A program made the translations under genes and the position numbers. A stretch of 64,000 nucleotides of DNA from Marsupella aquatica. Lineage: Eukaryota > Plantae > Marchantiophyta. Location of the stretch: NCBI GenBank assembly GCA_973895155.1, contig OZ316892.1, positions 16,046,257-16,110,256 on the forward strand, written 5' to 3'. Shown in pieces: positions 26,213 through 37,407 of this stretch (position 1 is its first letter; every line of letters begins with the position of its first letter). The notes under the pieces are model-generated. The model saw only the letters and a list, made by a program, of their open reading frames with translations. It was not told the DNA's origin and made no database searches.

Positions 26213-26674
26213 ATGGCGAGTCAGTATGAGCCAATGGATTGGGAGGCAGCTTTTCGTCCTTCTCGTGTGCGTCCAGAAGAGAGCCATTTCAGCTCTTTTG
26301 AATCGCGGATGGAGACTGAAGAAACTGAAACTTCCACTTTTCAGAACCGTCATGCTCTCCCGTATGATGAGGCTATTAGTCCTGGAGAGAAGAACATCCC
26401 TTGGATTGTCGATTCCCCTACGCCTCCGTTCTCTAGTCGGTTTTCGTCTCACTCGGGAGTTCTTGTTGATGGGGTACTCCCAATCGATCGAAGAGTACAA
26501 GAAATGTTCGGGCGAGTTGATTTTAAGGACAGTAATATTCCTAATGAACATTTTACGAGGGCTGTTCATCGAGGACCTTCAGAGGGATACGTTCGTTTGC
26601 GTGGTCTCGGCTTCAAGAAAGATCGGCGGAGAGAAGCAGCAGGAGTGGATGATGATTGCAACTCAGAAAGCTAG
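26213..26674 (+). CDS. Unknown ORF inside the MULE, possibly the 3' part of a longer decayed ORF starting near 25860
   Basis: 153-aa ATG-initiated ORF; the upstream sequence looks coding-like but has several TAG stops. Confidence 0.3.
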   Translation: MASQYEPMDWEAAFRPSRVRPEESHFSSFESRMETEETETSTFQNRHALPYDEAISPGEKNIPWIVDSPTPPFSSRFSSHSGVLVDGVLPIDRRVQEMFGRVDFKDSNIPNEHFTRAVHRGPSEGYVRLRGLGFKKDRRREAAGVDDDCNSES

Positions 26675-27399
26675 ATGGAAATTTCGTTTTGCTGATCGCT
26701 TTAAGCTAGCGCCGGGCACTGCTAAAGTTTTCCGGATTTTGTGGCATTGAAGTCGACCTCAGCTCTGGTGTTAGGGTTTTCCCGGTTGTCTACTATTTAG
26801 GTTTTGGCTAGCGCCGGGCGCTATTGAAACGACAACGGATTTTGTGGGAGGGAATGGATCTTGACTATGTTGTCTGGGTTTGGACGCATCTTGTCTCCAA
26901 GAAACGACTAGTTTTCTAGTTAGTTTTTGGCTAGCGCCGAGCGCTGTTCATGTATTAGTCGAAAACCTCCGACGGTGTCGACCGTGACTTCATGGATGGG
27001 ATTTTTAGGCCAGATTGTTGATGTTGATAACTGCATTTTGTATCACTTAAGCCGAGCGCGTTTTCTATTTTGCCATAATATATGCGAATGTTTTTTCCGG
27101 CCTTTCTTTTCTACTTGTATTTGTCTTGGATTTTGTGTATCTCAATTGGCAGCCGTCTTTTATGTTTCAAAAAATTGTTCCCGTGTTGTTCTTTTATTTA
27201 TCACGAGGGTTTGGTGGTTTTGTTTTCTATTCTTGTACTTTCAAATGGAGATTTTGAGACCTTTTTTTAAGATCACTGTTCACGACCATCCAAACACTGT
27301 TCACTGGTAACAGCTCCTTTTAACTGGTACCAGAATCTGTTTCTTGTTACTATTATCTGTTTGCTGTCGTTTGTAAATTCCCCCAGCATACCTAAGGAG

Positions 27400-27935
27400 A
27401 TTAACAAGCGAACGAGAAAGTACGTCAATAACAAGCTCAAAATCATCAGATTTGGAGGAGTCGCAATTGCCTCAACAAATGAATAGTCCACCACGACCAT
27501 CGGGGTCTGGTTTGGCAGGTCCTGCCCCGAGCCCGGTTGCACCTCCGCCAGTGCCCCCATCGGCTGTAGCTCATGCGGCCCCAGCTCCTCCGCAAGTATC
27601 ACAACGATCAAGGTTCCATTACCGACCATTCAAAGGACGTCACGGGGACAATCCGGATGAATGGTTGGATGAATTTGAGGCCACCACCAAAGCTAATGGG
27701 GAAGATGCCATTAAAATGATAGTTCTTCCAGGAGTAATGCGGGGAGAAGCCCACCCATGGTACAACTTGCTACAACCCGGAATCACCTGGCCACAATTCC
27801 AGGCAGCATTGTTCCAAGAGTTTTGTGTGGTCGGAGCAGAGTCGCACTCCATGTTAAAAATTGGCCATCTTTGCATGGGGAAGAAGGAGGTCCTGCAAAA
27901 GTTCATTCAGAAGTTCTAGAAGCTCGCGGCCAAGA
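27400..27935 (+). pseudogene. Ty3/gypsy gag (capsid) fragment
   Basis: PFKGRHGDNPDEWLDEFE...MRGEAHPWYN...ITWPQFQAALFQEF matches the retrotransposon gag pattern F.G....P..WL..FE...A..W.....TW..F...F. Confidence 0.75.
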
Positions 27936-28319
27936 TTTTTGCACGGGTTTCCCATGGATATGCAATTTTGGGTTGCCCACGGATATGCAATTCTGGGTCA
28001 TGAATCCGCTCATATACGAACACTCTTCCTGGTGGGTTTCTGCTAGCGCTTGGCGCTACTAATATCTGTTCTTAGAACTTACGTTAAACTAACGGAAATA
28101 TTTTGTTGTCAACGGTCATCCGCCACCATTTATCTCATATTTATCCATTGTATCAACGGTAAATTAATTCTATTTTGGAGGTCCACGTCATGTTTTCTTT
28201 GTTCAAGATGACTTACTTGCAGAGAAATAAGAATGTCAAACTTGAAACAATCTTGTCATTTCCTATTCTGTCACGTTGTTTGGGGTAATTAGGGTAAAAT
28301 GTGTGGTTTTGGGTGACAT

Positions 28320-29410
28320 GATTAGCGTTCTTGTGACTAATAGAGAAGGTCATCAATGCGTTAGTGAAGATTATCTTTGCAGAAGGTTTGATGTCAGGAG
28401 GAAAGACATTAAAATTTTAGCGACACCTGACGAAGGGTAAGCTCATTTTTATTACATTCTGGGAACTGCACGTAGGTGTCCAGTACATGCTTTCCCTCAA
28501 AGGAAAAGGGGTGGTCAGGTGAAGTTAGAGACGGGAGATGCACCAAGGGAATTCATTGACCTGACGTCTAATGGCGAGGACTTATTCCCTGGATCTCAAT
28601 CGTCGATCAATGTTAGGAAGATCACGAGCGAAGAATGTCATTTCCAGTATATCAGTGTAGCAAATCAACAGAGGACGTTCTTCTTGCGTCAAACAATGGA
28701 TGTGACAAGCTTCTAAAACCTCCTTCTCTTCCTGTCGTTTACAGAAGAAGCGCATTAGACGCCCTTTTGAAATCACCTGGTCAAAGTGAGCTATCTTGCT
28801 TTGTGCGATCAGAGACTTTCAAGCACAAGCAAGTAGAATTACTTCCAAGAACTTACAACGACAATGTTATATTTGAGCTTCCACCTGTCGATTGTGTTGG
28901 TTCAAAGGGGAAGCGTCTCCTTAACATGGACCGGTCAAGGGATTGCTATCTGTGGACTTGAATTCTTCCTACTTCAACCAATGTCTTGCTGAAGAAGATG
29001 TGGGAGTTTGGCAAAGTCAGTTGTAGCAGATCACTTGAATGTCGAAACAAAGCTTGCAAGTTTTATATCAAAACCAATGGTAGGAATTGTACGTCATGGG
29101 AAGGGACCCCCAAGTTAGGAGGCCAACATTGTCCAGGAAAGTTGATTGATGCAAGAGGGATTGTTTGTCATTATGGTCTTCAACTCCCGTTATGTTTGGA
29201 CTCCTGTTCCGCAAAAATGTTCTACATGTACCCATAAGTCCTGCTGGATTTGGTGACAATGCAGCATATATCACTCCTTGCCATCCATATGGGTGTCCAT
29301 AACCATCCTTGTCAAAAGGTCTGGTCTAGAAGTTTAGAGATAATAGCTGTCGAAGAGATTTGAAAAGAGCACTTCAAGAATCCTTCTTCCTCACCCTTTG
29401 TTTGTTGTAA
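28320..29410 (+). pseudogene. Second, truncated and diverged copy of the GCM-MULE transposase N-terminus
   Basis: EDYLCRRFD, VVYRRSALDALLKSPGQSELS, FELPPVD..GKRLLNMDRSRDCYLWT, WEFGKVSC...WEGTPKLGGQ...MFYMYP and IHMGVHNHP are collinear with 19550-20500 (-). Several stops. Palindrome at 28043 upstream. Confidence 0.85.
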
Positions 29411-31212
29411 GAAGGACATCACGCCCTCTATCTTGATTGGGTCTACTTGATACAAAAGTTGCACTCCTGGGAGTCCGAACATTTTGCACAGCTTCGGGTT
29501 GGAGAAAGTATGAGTTTTCCCCTTGTATGTAATGAACAAAGCATCAAGTGACATTGTCACCTTAGTAATTTGTGAGCAAATTTCACCTGCCCAAGCGGTT
29601 GATAGATAGCAATCTATTTGCACCATGCCATCAACTCTAGCCCTATCAAGAATTATTCAACTCTCCTCGATGCGCTGCACCTCCATGATGGAGTTGCGGA
29701 TCTTCTTGTTTGAAGATGGAGCTCCCTTCTTGTTCCTAGCCGGGGGGAACCTCCGCTCTCCGTGTTCTTGTTGCCTCCATTTTGCCTAATGAATTCTAGT
29801 AGTGTAAGTGGGGAGTGAGCAAATTGTTGCGTTGCGTTTCGGCGAGTGCTTTAGTTGGAAGCAAGGGACAATAAGTGCGCAAATGCCTCGTGGGGAAAAA
29901 TCCAGCCCACCTCTCTGCCTTATGCTTGAAGGATTTCTCTCTTTGGTCTTTGAGTGTCCGGAAGGGCGGGATGGCCCTTTGTTGTGCAAGCGCGAGAGCA
30001 TCTTAGTCAAGCGCCCACTTAATGATATCCTTAGATACGGTGATTACTCTGGGGGCTACTTACGAGTGTCCTCTACTCATTACTAAGTAAAGCCACAATA
30101 CTTGATATGGTTGTTATGCAGTTTTCCTTAAGTTCAGATCAGTGGCGGTACCTTAAGACCCATTATGGTTGTCCCAACTATTTTTAGAACAATAATCGTG
30201 CTTTACTATAAACGACAAAAAGATTGGGATCTGCACAAGTATATGTGAGGGGAGCGATACCCTTGGGGGCGGGCCAGGGGCAAACCCAAGTTTGTGTGAA
30301 GCGTGACGTTCGCGCTACTAAGAAAAAATGCCAAATAAAAATGATAATAAATTCTCAACGTTGTTTGGGTGATTGTAATTTGTGAAAAGAGCATGTTGGC
30401 TCGTATAAAGTTAATCATGCATTGCACTAAGTACTAAATCAAGATTAAAATAATAATTATATTCAATAGAGTAGTGAGTATCATGAACGGTTTTGGCAAT
30501 ACTAATATGTTATTAAAGTTTTTTTCTTCAAATTTGCATATCAATGTCTCTACAATTGAACTTTGTACGATAAGCTATTTGAATATCCTCAAGAGAAAAC
30601 AAAACAAATAGATCATTTGAGGCTCTATTCCAATCCATGATAATTTTAATAAATAATGAAAATAATACATTTCCATTCCTCTCGGTATGACACAACTATA
30701 TAGACTAAGGGTTCATTAGATCCTATAACAATGACGATAAACCCAAAACCAAAGTGATATATTAGGTGTTATTGTATAGAAGGTTTGTCTAGAAGATGAA
30801 CTCTAATAAAAAATGGATTACAAAAGGGAAGATTAGGAATGACACTTTTTGCTTTTGTTTTCTATTAGATTCATAATAACTCACATGTTTTATCTCTTGG
30901 GCTGTTTTATCTCGAGAAATGACTCACATGTTTTTTTGCTATTCAAGCCAAATGATGTCTCATCTTATATTTCCAAAGAAACCTTCATCCTAAAGGTCCC
31001 ATCTTTAATTCTATGACTTATTTTTTTGTTAACCGAGCCAAAAGATACCCTATTATATGAACATAAGGCTAAAGAATGAAGGAAAATATGGAGAAAATAT
31101 GAGCATTTTGATGAGAGAATAATCAAGATGTGAATGAGGAAAGAGTGTCTTTTGCAATTTATTTATAGTGAATCCAATAGCGCATGGATCACGCCCAAAT
31201 ACTTGGATCAAA

Positions 31213-31555
31213 GGGGTATAACCACCGTGACAGCAAATAGCAAACAACAAACAGTAAATAGTTACTCGTAACAGCAAACGGGTGGTAAAACTTTTGGAAT
31301 TTTTTGGGGAATTTTTTGGGGAATTGTTTTTGGGGAAAAAATATTAAATTTTTTTTGTGAGTCGATATTTTTTGGCTAGCGCCCGGAGCTAGTAATAGTA
31401 TCGCCTTACACTAGCAAAAAATTGTCATGTTTTAAATTATTTTGAAAATTGTGACTTTTAATGACACATTTTTAGATTGTCTAGTTTGCTCGTAACAGGA
31501 AATTTTTGCTCGTAACAGTAAATCTGTTTGCTATTTGCTGTCACGGTGAAAACCC
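31213..31555. mobile_element. Mutator-type MITE related to the large MULE
   Basis: TIR core caccgtgacagcaaatagcaaaca starts at 31223 and its reverse complement ends at 31548. GGG...CCC ends. 10-bp TSD ttggatcaaa (31203-31212) / tcggatcaaa (31556-31565). One palindrome copy at 31376. Confidence 0.82.
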
Positions 31556-33765
31556 TCGGATCAAAGCCAAGAAATACACGTTAAATATAAAAATGTGTGC
31601 TAGTATCATTGCAAGCAAAACAATTAATGCATACAAGTAAAACAACAAATGCATGCACCAAGTGGTTAGTATGCATATACAAAAAATAACTAACGCATAC
31701 AATGCGTGGCTTGGAACCTTTTTGCCTTGCAAGTATGCACAAAATAACTAATACATGCACCGCGCCTTGCATGCAAATAAAATTACTAATAGCAAAATTG
31801 TTTAGTTATCCTTTAACAAAATATTAATCCAATCTCATATTACATAGTAATAATGATTCTATCTTGATAATCAAATTATCACAACACTGTTAGAAGAATT
31901 CTTGGATGTGTTGGAAAGCTCTTGAATAAGACATGTATCCTCCTGAACTCAGTTGGGTGCTCGGTTGGGTGTGCAGGTGCCTTTGGTTCTTGAGGTTTGT
32001 CGGGGCTAACTTGTGTGCTCGCCAAATCCAACACTCAAACCGCGTTCAGTTTCACACTGAGCTTGCATTGGGGAAGCAATGTAGAGTAGGCATGGGTGTT
32101 GAGATCCAAGTGCAAATGGCCCCTAGACTCTCACATGAGTGGGAGCCTCGGAGATATTTGCTAGAGTCGAGGCCAAACTGGTCTCGACATTTGAGAAAGC
32201 TTCGGAACAAGCAAGCTACTTGGGCCTTGAGCATATCCTGAAGGCATGGTGGTCAACCAGTGATGGATAGAAAGTGGGGAAGCTCGGCAATACCTAGTAG
32301 ATGGGCTATTCTAGACAAATGGTGGGTGTCAGCCTTGGCTTCAACTTCTGGCAAGGTCACGCGGGCCCGAAAAGTTCTATTTGCTAACCTTACTAACAAT
32401 TGTGGAGCTTGAGACAAGACAATGGTCTTGGAGATCCTAGATCATGATGGATTACTTACCGATGTGTTTGGTTGTTTGTGCAAATAGTGAGGACCGTTGA
32501 GCGATAGTCGTATTAGGGAGCAAGTGTGACTTCGTATGGGAGTTGCCATTGGGGATGATAGGGCACCGAGTAGTTTCATGTACTAGGCGTTTGGGCACCA
32601 AAGGTACTTAGACAAGAGTCATGTGATTGGTGATGGCGCTATGTGGCAACATCCATCACTCTCCCCAACTTCAATTCTCAGTTGCTATAGCTTGTCGCCT
32701 TCCGGCTAGAGGGATCTCCTATTGTTCCTCTTCTTCTCGGCTCTTCTTCTCTTCTACTTGGAGGAAGCGTTTAACCGCCGTCCATGCAAGGTCCTAGTTG
32801 ATCCTAGCGTCATGTTGTCTTTGCTGATTAAAATTCCATATGTTCTTGAGTTTGTCCTCCAGGATGGGTGAATCCATGAGGCTCACACAATAATTAGTAT
32901 GCGTGATACCAATTTTGGGTGATACTACTTACATGCATAGAATACTTAATGTAAAGAGTGTATATGTAGCTCTTTATATACATTGCACGGTTCAGTTTCA
33001 CTAGGAATTGACTTGGACTCCAGTTTTTATGGTCTGTACACTGTTCACCTGGAAAATGAGCAGTAGCCAGGATGGAATGGGGCCATTTTATATGGGCAGG
33101 TGAGACTTACACTGTCCACCGTAAATAGTGTGAGTATGTAATTAGTATGACACCAAAATTAGAGTGACTCACACCAAATAGTGTGAACAACTATTAGACC
33201 AAAAGTGTGACTTCTTGTGAACTCTAATAAGTGAACAACTATTTAGACCAAAAGTGTGACTTCTTGTGTTCTAATAAGTGTGACCCCTGAAATAATGTGA
33301 CTCACACTATTTTATGTGACCTAAAATTTAAGGGGCTGTGTAGCCTGACTGCCCAACCGTAGATAGGGCACACATTTGCCTTCCCATGTGTTGATTCATA
33401 GTGAAAATTATTGTGGGGAGTAACTCTATGTAGGCTTCATTTTAAATCTTAATGCCCTTCAAGATTTTTCTTGTTCTAGTTTTTAGTGCATTCTTGGAGA
33501 AGAATAGAGATATCCGTAAAGTCCAGAAAAAGGTAGTCGAGTTAAAGTTAACCGCGATATTCTTGGGTCAGTTAACTTAACCCTCATCGGTGGTTAACGA
33601 TGCCCGATGAAGAGAACACGATACAGGGTGAGAAGTTTCCCAGGCCCATTTTCAATGGAAACAAACTTTTTGCCCCCTATGTGACATTTGAATCGATGTC
33701 CAAGGAGTTCGGGGAAGAGCCCACGTCGAGGGCAGGGATTTCGTCGAGGGCAGGGAATTAAAGCT

Positions 33766-35721
33766 ATGGCGGCCGAAGGCAAGCAATTGAGATCTAGGTC
33801 AGTTCCTCCCACCATGGATCCCGTCGATGAGCAGAATGGAGTGAAGAGGGGAGAATCGTCAATACGCAGGGCAGCTCGATTGCTGAGAGCGGTTGTTCTC
33901 GCGGAGCAACAGTCAAATGGCAGAGCTGCAAGCCTGGATGAAGGGCCATCAAGCATTGGAGATTGTGAGGTTGAAGCTCAGCAGGAGGCGCTGCCTTCAG
34001 AGCCGGCTGTAGGGGAAGCAGCTGTTATGACAATACCGAAACCAAAATTCTCTTGTGAGTCTAAAGTGCTCCCTGCATGCTCTCTATTTCTTTGATCTTG
34101 TAGTCATCGCAAAAAAATCTGTAAGTTTCAGCCTGAAATGCTCCCTACGTGCTTTCTCTTCCTTTGATCTTGTAGTCATCTTGTAATTACTAGGACAAGA
34201 TTTGATCGTTCTTTGATCTTGTAGTCATCAACTGCCTTATGCATAAATCTTTCTTTGGCTGTTTGGTGCAATCTCTCATTCTACGTTTCTCTCCTGCCAA
34301 TGCACAATGGGAACGTGCAGTAGTCCACTCTTGAAAATCTCCATCAATTTCAGTACTTCAATTCAAAAATCCTTTGTTGCCTACCAGCTGCTGATGTATC
34401 TCATCTGAAATTCTGGATTAAAGAAAATCCATGGAATTCAAACTCTCTTCCCCATGACTCAATTTGAATCCTCTCTTGCCTACTTGTTGCCTTAATTTGT
34501 ACTTATCTAAGTTGAAATTTGATTGAAATATTTGTTGCAGTTTCAAATTACTTGGACAGAATTAACGACAACCGCATTAGGACAGGGATACCTGATCTCC
34601 CACCTGTCATTGAATTACGCCAGATTAGTGGGAGCTCCACTACCCAAGGATCTGCAGGCTCAGCTGGTACAGTTGAAGGTAGTACTGAGAAAAACAATTC
34701 CAATCCATCTTGGATGACCCTGGAGAAGGAAGCAGAGGTGAGAGCAGAGGCAGCCCAAGAGGAATCTCACAATTTTGAGGTCACCAACATGGAGCACAAT
34801 GCAGGGAAGGGCTTCTGCAACTAGTGCAAAGGACAAGCAGTGTCGACAAAAGAATGTTGTGAAGGGGAAAGAGACCGCGGATATAGACAAGGTGGGGCGA
34901 CAGGTTGTTGAAGGGGACCATGTTGTGAAACTTGTAACAGACTACTGGAAGTACTTCAACATTTTTAGCAAGGGCCGGAAGAAGCAGATATCACAACTGA
35001 TCCCAAACAAGGTTTGGATCCAAGTTTATGCTGATTTTGAGAAGGAGTTCCCAGGTTCCCCATTCATGCAAGACAGCTTGAAGGACCACTTGAGGAAAAG
35101 CTTGACTGAGATGAAGTCTGGCGTTAATAATCCTGAGAATGGTCTTGGACCTACACCCCAAGATGAAGAGCTAATGGTGAAGCTCATGGAAACACCATCC
35201 TGGAAGGCTCGAAATGTACTTAAAGTGAGGGAGAGTGCATCTAATGGACAAATTCATCCCATGGACTTTACCATTCCCCTTCAATCTATGTCTGGGGCTC
35301 AACAATCACCAGCAGCAGCAACAGTAGCAGCAACAGCAGCAGCAAATGAGGTAGATGGATCGGCTGCCCTTTCTGGAGTTGCAGCAGGCCCCCCTCGGCC
35401 CAAATCACCTCCTAGGCAGGTTGAGAGGCCTCCATCCAAATCCCAGAATTTGAAGCGAGCAGGGGATGACATTTCATCCATGTTATCAGAGTTTCGAACA
35501 ATCACTGAGCGATCCAATATTGATAGTGAAAGCAAGAAACAATGCTCAGTTATGAGGACTGCCATGTTGAGCACAAAGTAGTTGGAGTCCGAGGCTAGAC
35601 GAGTAGGGCAGGAGAAGCAAAACCAACTAGTTGAAATAGCATTGCTAAAGGAGCAGAGGAGCATTGGATTGATCAGTGAAGATGAATTCCGAGAGAAGTG
35701 TAAAGTGGTTTTTGGTTTGTA
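33766..35721 (+). pseudogene. Harbinger-type second gene (possible Myb/SANT-like DNA-binding protein), interrupted
   Basis: Segments at 33766-34054, 34541-34824 and 34775-35721. KLVTDYWKYF...VWIQVYADFEKEFP...QDSLKDHLR resembles a trihelix/Myb-like pattern. Stop at 35579 and an apparent frame change near 34800. Confidence 0.5.
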
Positions 35722-36234
35722 GAACTATCAAAGTACTTGCAGGGGATCCTTGTAGACGGAGAGTTTTGTTTAGTTAGCCGCGGGTTAGCAGCTACAAGTG
35801 ATCTAAAAGTAGTTTACAATGCCAACATTTTTGTAATTGTTGCATTCAAACTTAATCTACAATAATCTGTTGATAGAGAGCATGTCGAGAATGGTACAAT
35901 CCAAATGTGCATTGATAGTAGTGATTCCACAATTTGTCTTGCTCACAACTAAGATTGGACTCAAGCACAAACTGAAGCAAATTGGACTGAAGTAGATGTG
36001 GATGCACGTACATGACTCTGAAGTAATAACAAAGCATTTGACTTGCTTTTGTTGCAATAAGTAGTACTCAAGAACTGAGTTCATACATAATAGCTACTGT
36101 CCATATACCCTTCCTACTCGAACTATCCAAAATTTATCAAAATTTGGCTGTAGTTGCAACTATGTGTATACATGTGAACAAGAATCTATGTTGTCTTATC
36201 AAATTGCAAATCCCTGTGGGTCTCCTGCCCAGTC

Positions 36235-37407
36235 TCATCTCTCGGGTCTCCTTTCCTGTGGACCTTCAATGCTTGCCCTCATATTTTGTCGTTGTCGGTG
36301 GAGAAAATTAGTCATCAAAGCAGCAGCTTGGAAGGTAATCACAAACTTGGACCTGACTAGGTCGAATCGTTTCTGGAGACGTCTCCACTTCATCTTCAGG
36401 CCACCAATGCCCCATTCAACACGAACTCGATACCCAGACAACATCTTATTGAATTGCCTCACAGCACAATTGTTGTCCAAGTGCATGGCATTAATCTCTG
36501 TTTTTGAAAAACCTCTCATGATGTATCTTTCTAGGCTGGTGTACCCCTGGCACCAAGGATGTATTCAAAATACCTCTCAGAATTAGCAAACAGGTTCCTC
36601 CAATTCCTTTCAACCCAAGAATTCTTAAGAATTGTCACATCATGGTAGCTGCCTGGATAGCCAGGATCGACAAAAATGAAAAGTCCATGGTGATCTACAA
36701 TTACAGAACTATTCATGCAGTACATCTTCTTCCTTCCTTGATACCACTTGTTGTGGTACTGATCCTCATAAGGTCTACGAATTCTGCAAAGGGTACCATC
36801 AACAATTCCAATACATCCTGGCAATTGTGGATGATGCTGATCTAACTATCTCCTTTCCTCTGGGGTTGGCCAACGAATTTCATTTGCAATAGCATCATTC
36901 AAGCATGATGCTACGAATATAGCATCATCACACACAGCAGATCTAGCCCAATTCCAGAACATAGAGTCAAAATGAATAATATTGTCGTGCTTCATATATA
37001 AGATGAAATTCAGCAGCCTCTGCTCGGGAGTCAACTTACAAGGGCGACCTGAAACAATATCTTTGGTTCCAGTTGATCTAGCATTGGTCTCAATGACATG
37101 ACATACCTTTGCACAGAGCTCTACAAATTCATGTACCATAAATTAGTTAAGTCCTTAAACCGATCTGGAGTTGCCTGTAATCTGCTCAACACATCGTGAA
37201 CTCCCACAACTGGATTGATAGAAATTTGATTTCTCGTGATAGTTCAATTGGTTGAAAGCAATGCAGCATTTGAAGATACGAAGACATGGACAGTACCAGA
37301 AGTACCATGAGTTGCTCAATGCTTGAAGCATCTGCTTCTTCATCATCACTGCTGCTATCATCATTGCTATCATATCCCTCCGGTGGGAGAACTTGAAATG
37401 GCTCCAT
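36235..37407 (-). pseudogene. DDE_Tnp_4 (Harbinger/PHIS) transposase, disrupted
   Basis: HTH LTPEQRLLNFILYMKH, GCIGIVDGTLCRIRRP, PGSYHDVTIL, YILG[D]QGY broken by an inferred 1-bp deletion near 36550, RVRVEWGIGGLKMKW. Additional stops and frameshifts. Confidence 0.9.

Larger units (their letters stand above)
16695..26945. repeat. Dispersed palindrome (CT)AGCGCCNGGCGCT(AG), 16 copies in the element
   Basis: Copies start at about 16695, 18386, 18520, 20843, 20904, 21040, 21186, 21248, 22333, 23762, 23855, 25651, 25757, 26707, 26808 and 26931, some with 1-2 mismatches. Further copies at 28043 and 31376. Confidence 0.9.
16101..27390. mobile_element. Large Mutator-like element (GCM-like/DDE/SWIM transposase plus ParB-MTase gene)
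   Basis: Imperfect inverted termini: left gggtatgatagccacgacagaaaacagaaaacag...ctgttaccag; reverse complement of the right end ggggaatttacaaacgacagcaaacagataatag...ctgttaccag. Both resemble the TIR of the MITE at 31213-31555. A shared palindrome recurs throughout. No clean TSD found. Confidence 0.65.

Noticed and set aside
16695-26945. Palindromes as CRISPR repeats or REP elements, or bacterial contamination
   Set aside because: Spacing is irregular, the genes have spliceosomal introns, and the context is plant TEs.
16091-27405. TSD for the large MULE (gagagataac versus aggagattaac)
   Set aside because: The match is imperfect and offset, and the two flanks are unrelated sequences, so it is not accepted.
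29410-29790. Minus-strand ORF resembling a plant-mobile-domain accessory gene
   Set aside because: Only a weak 'LCKMFGLP' similarity; not enough support.
32880-33345. Short direct repeats ending in a CACAG-like terminus
   Set aside because: No partner TIR or TSD found.
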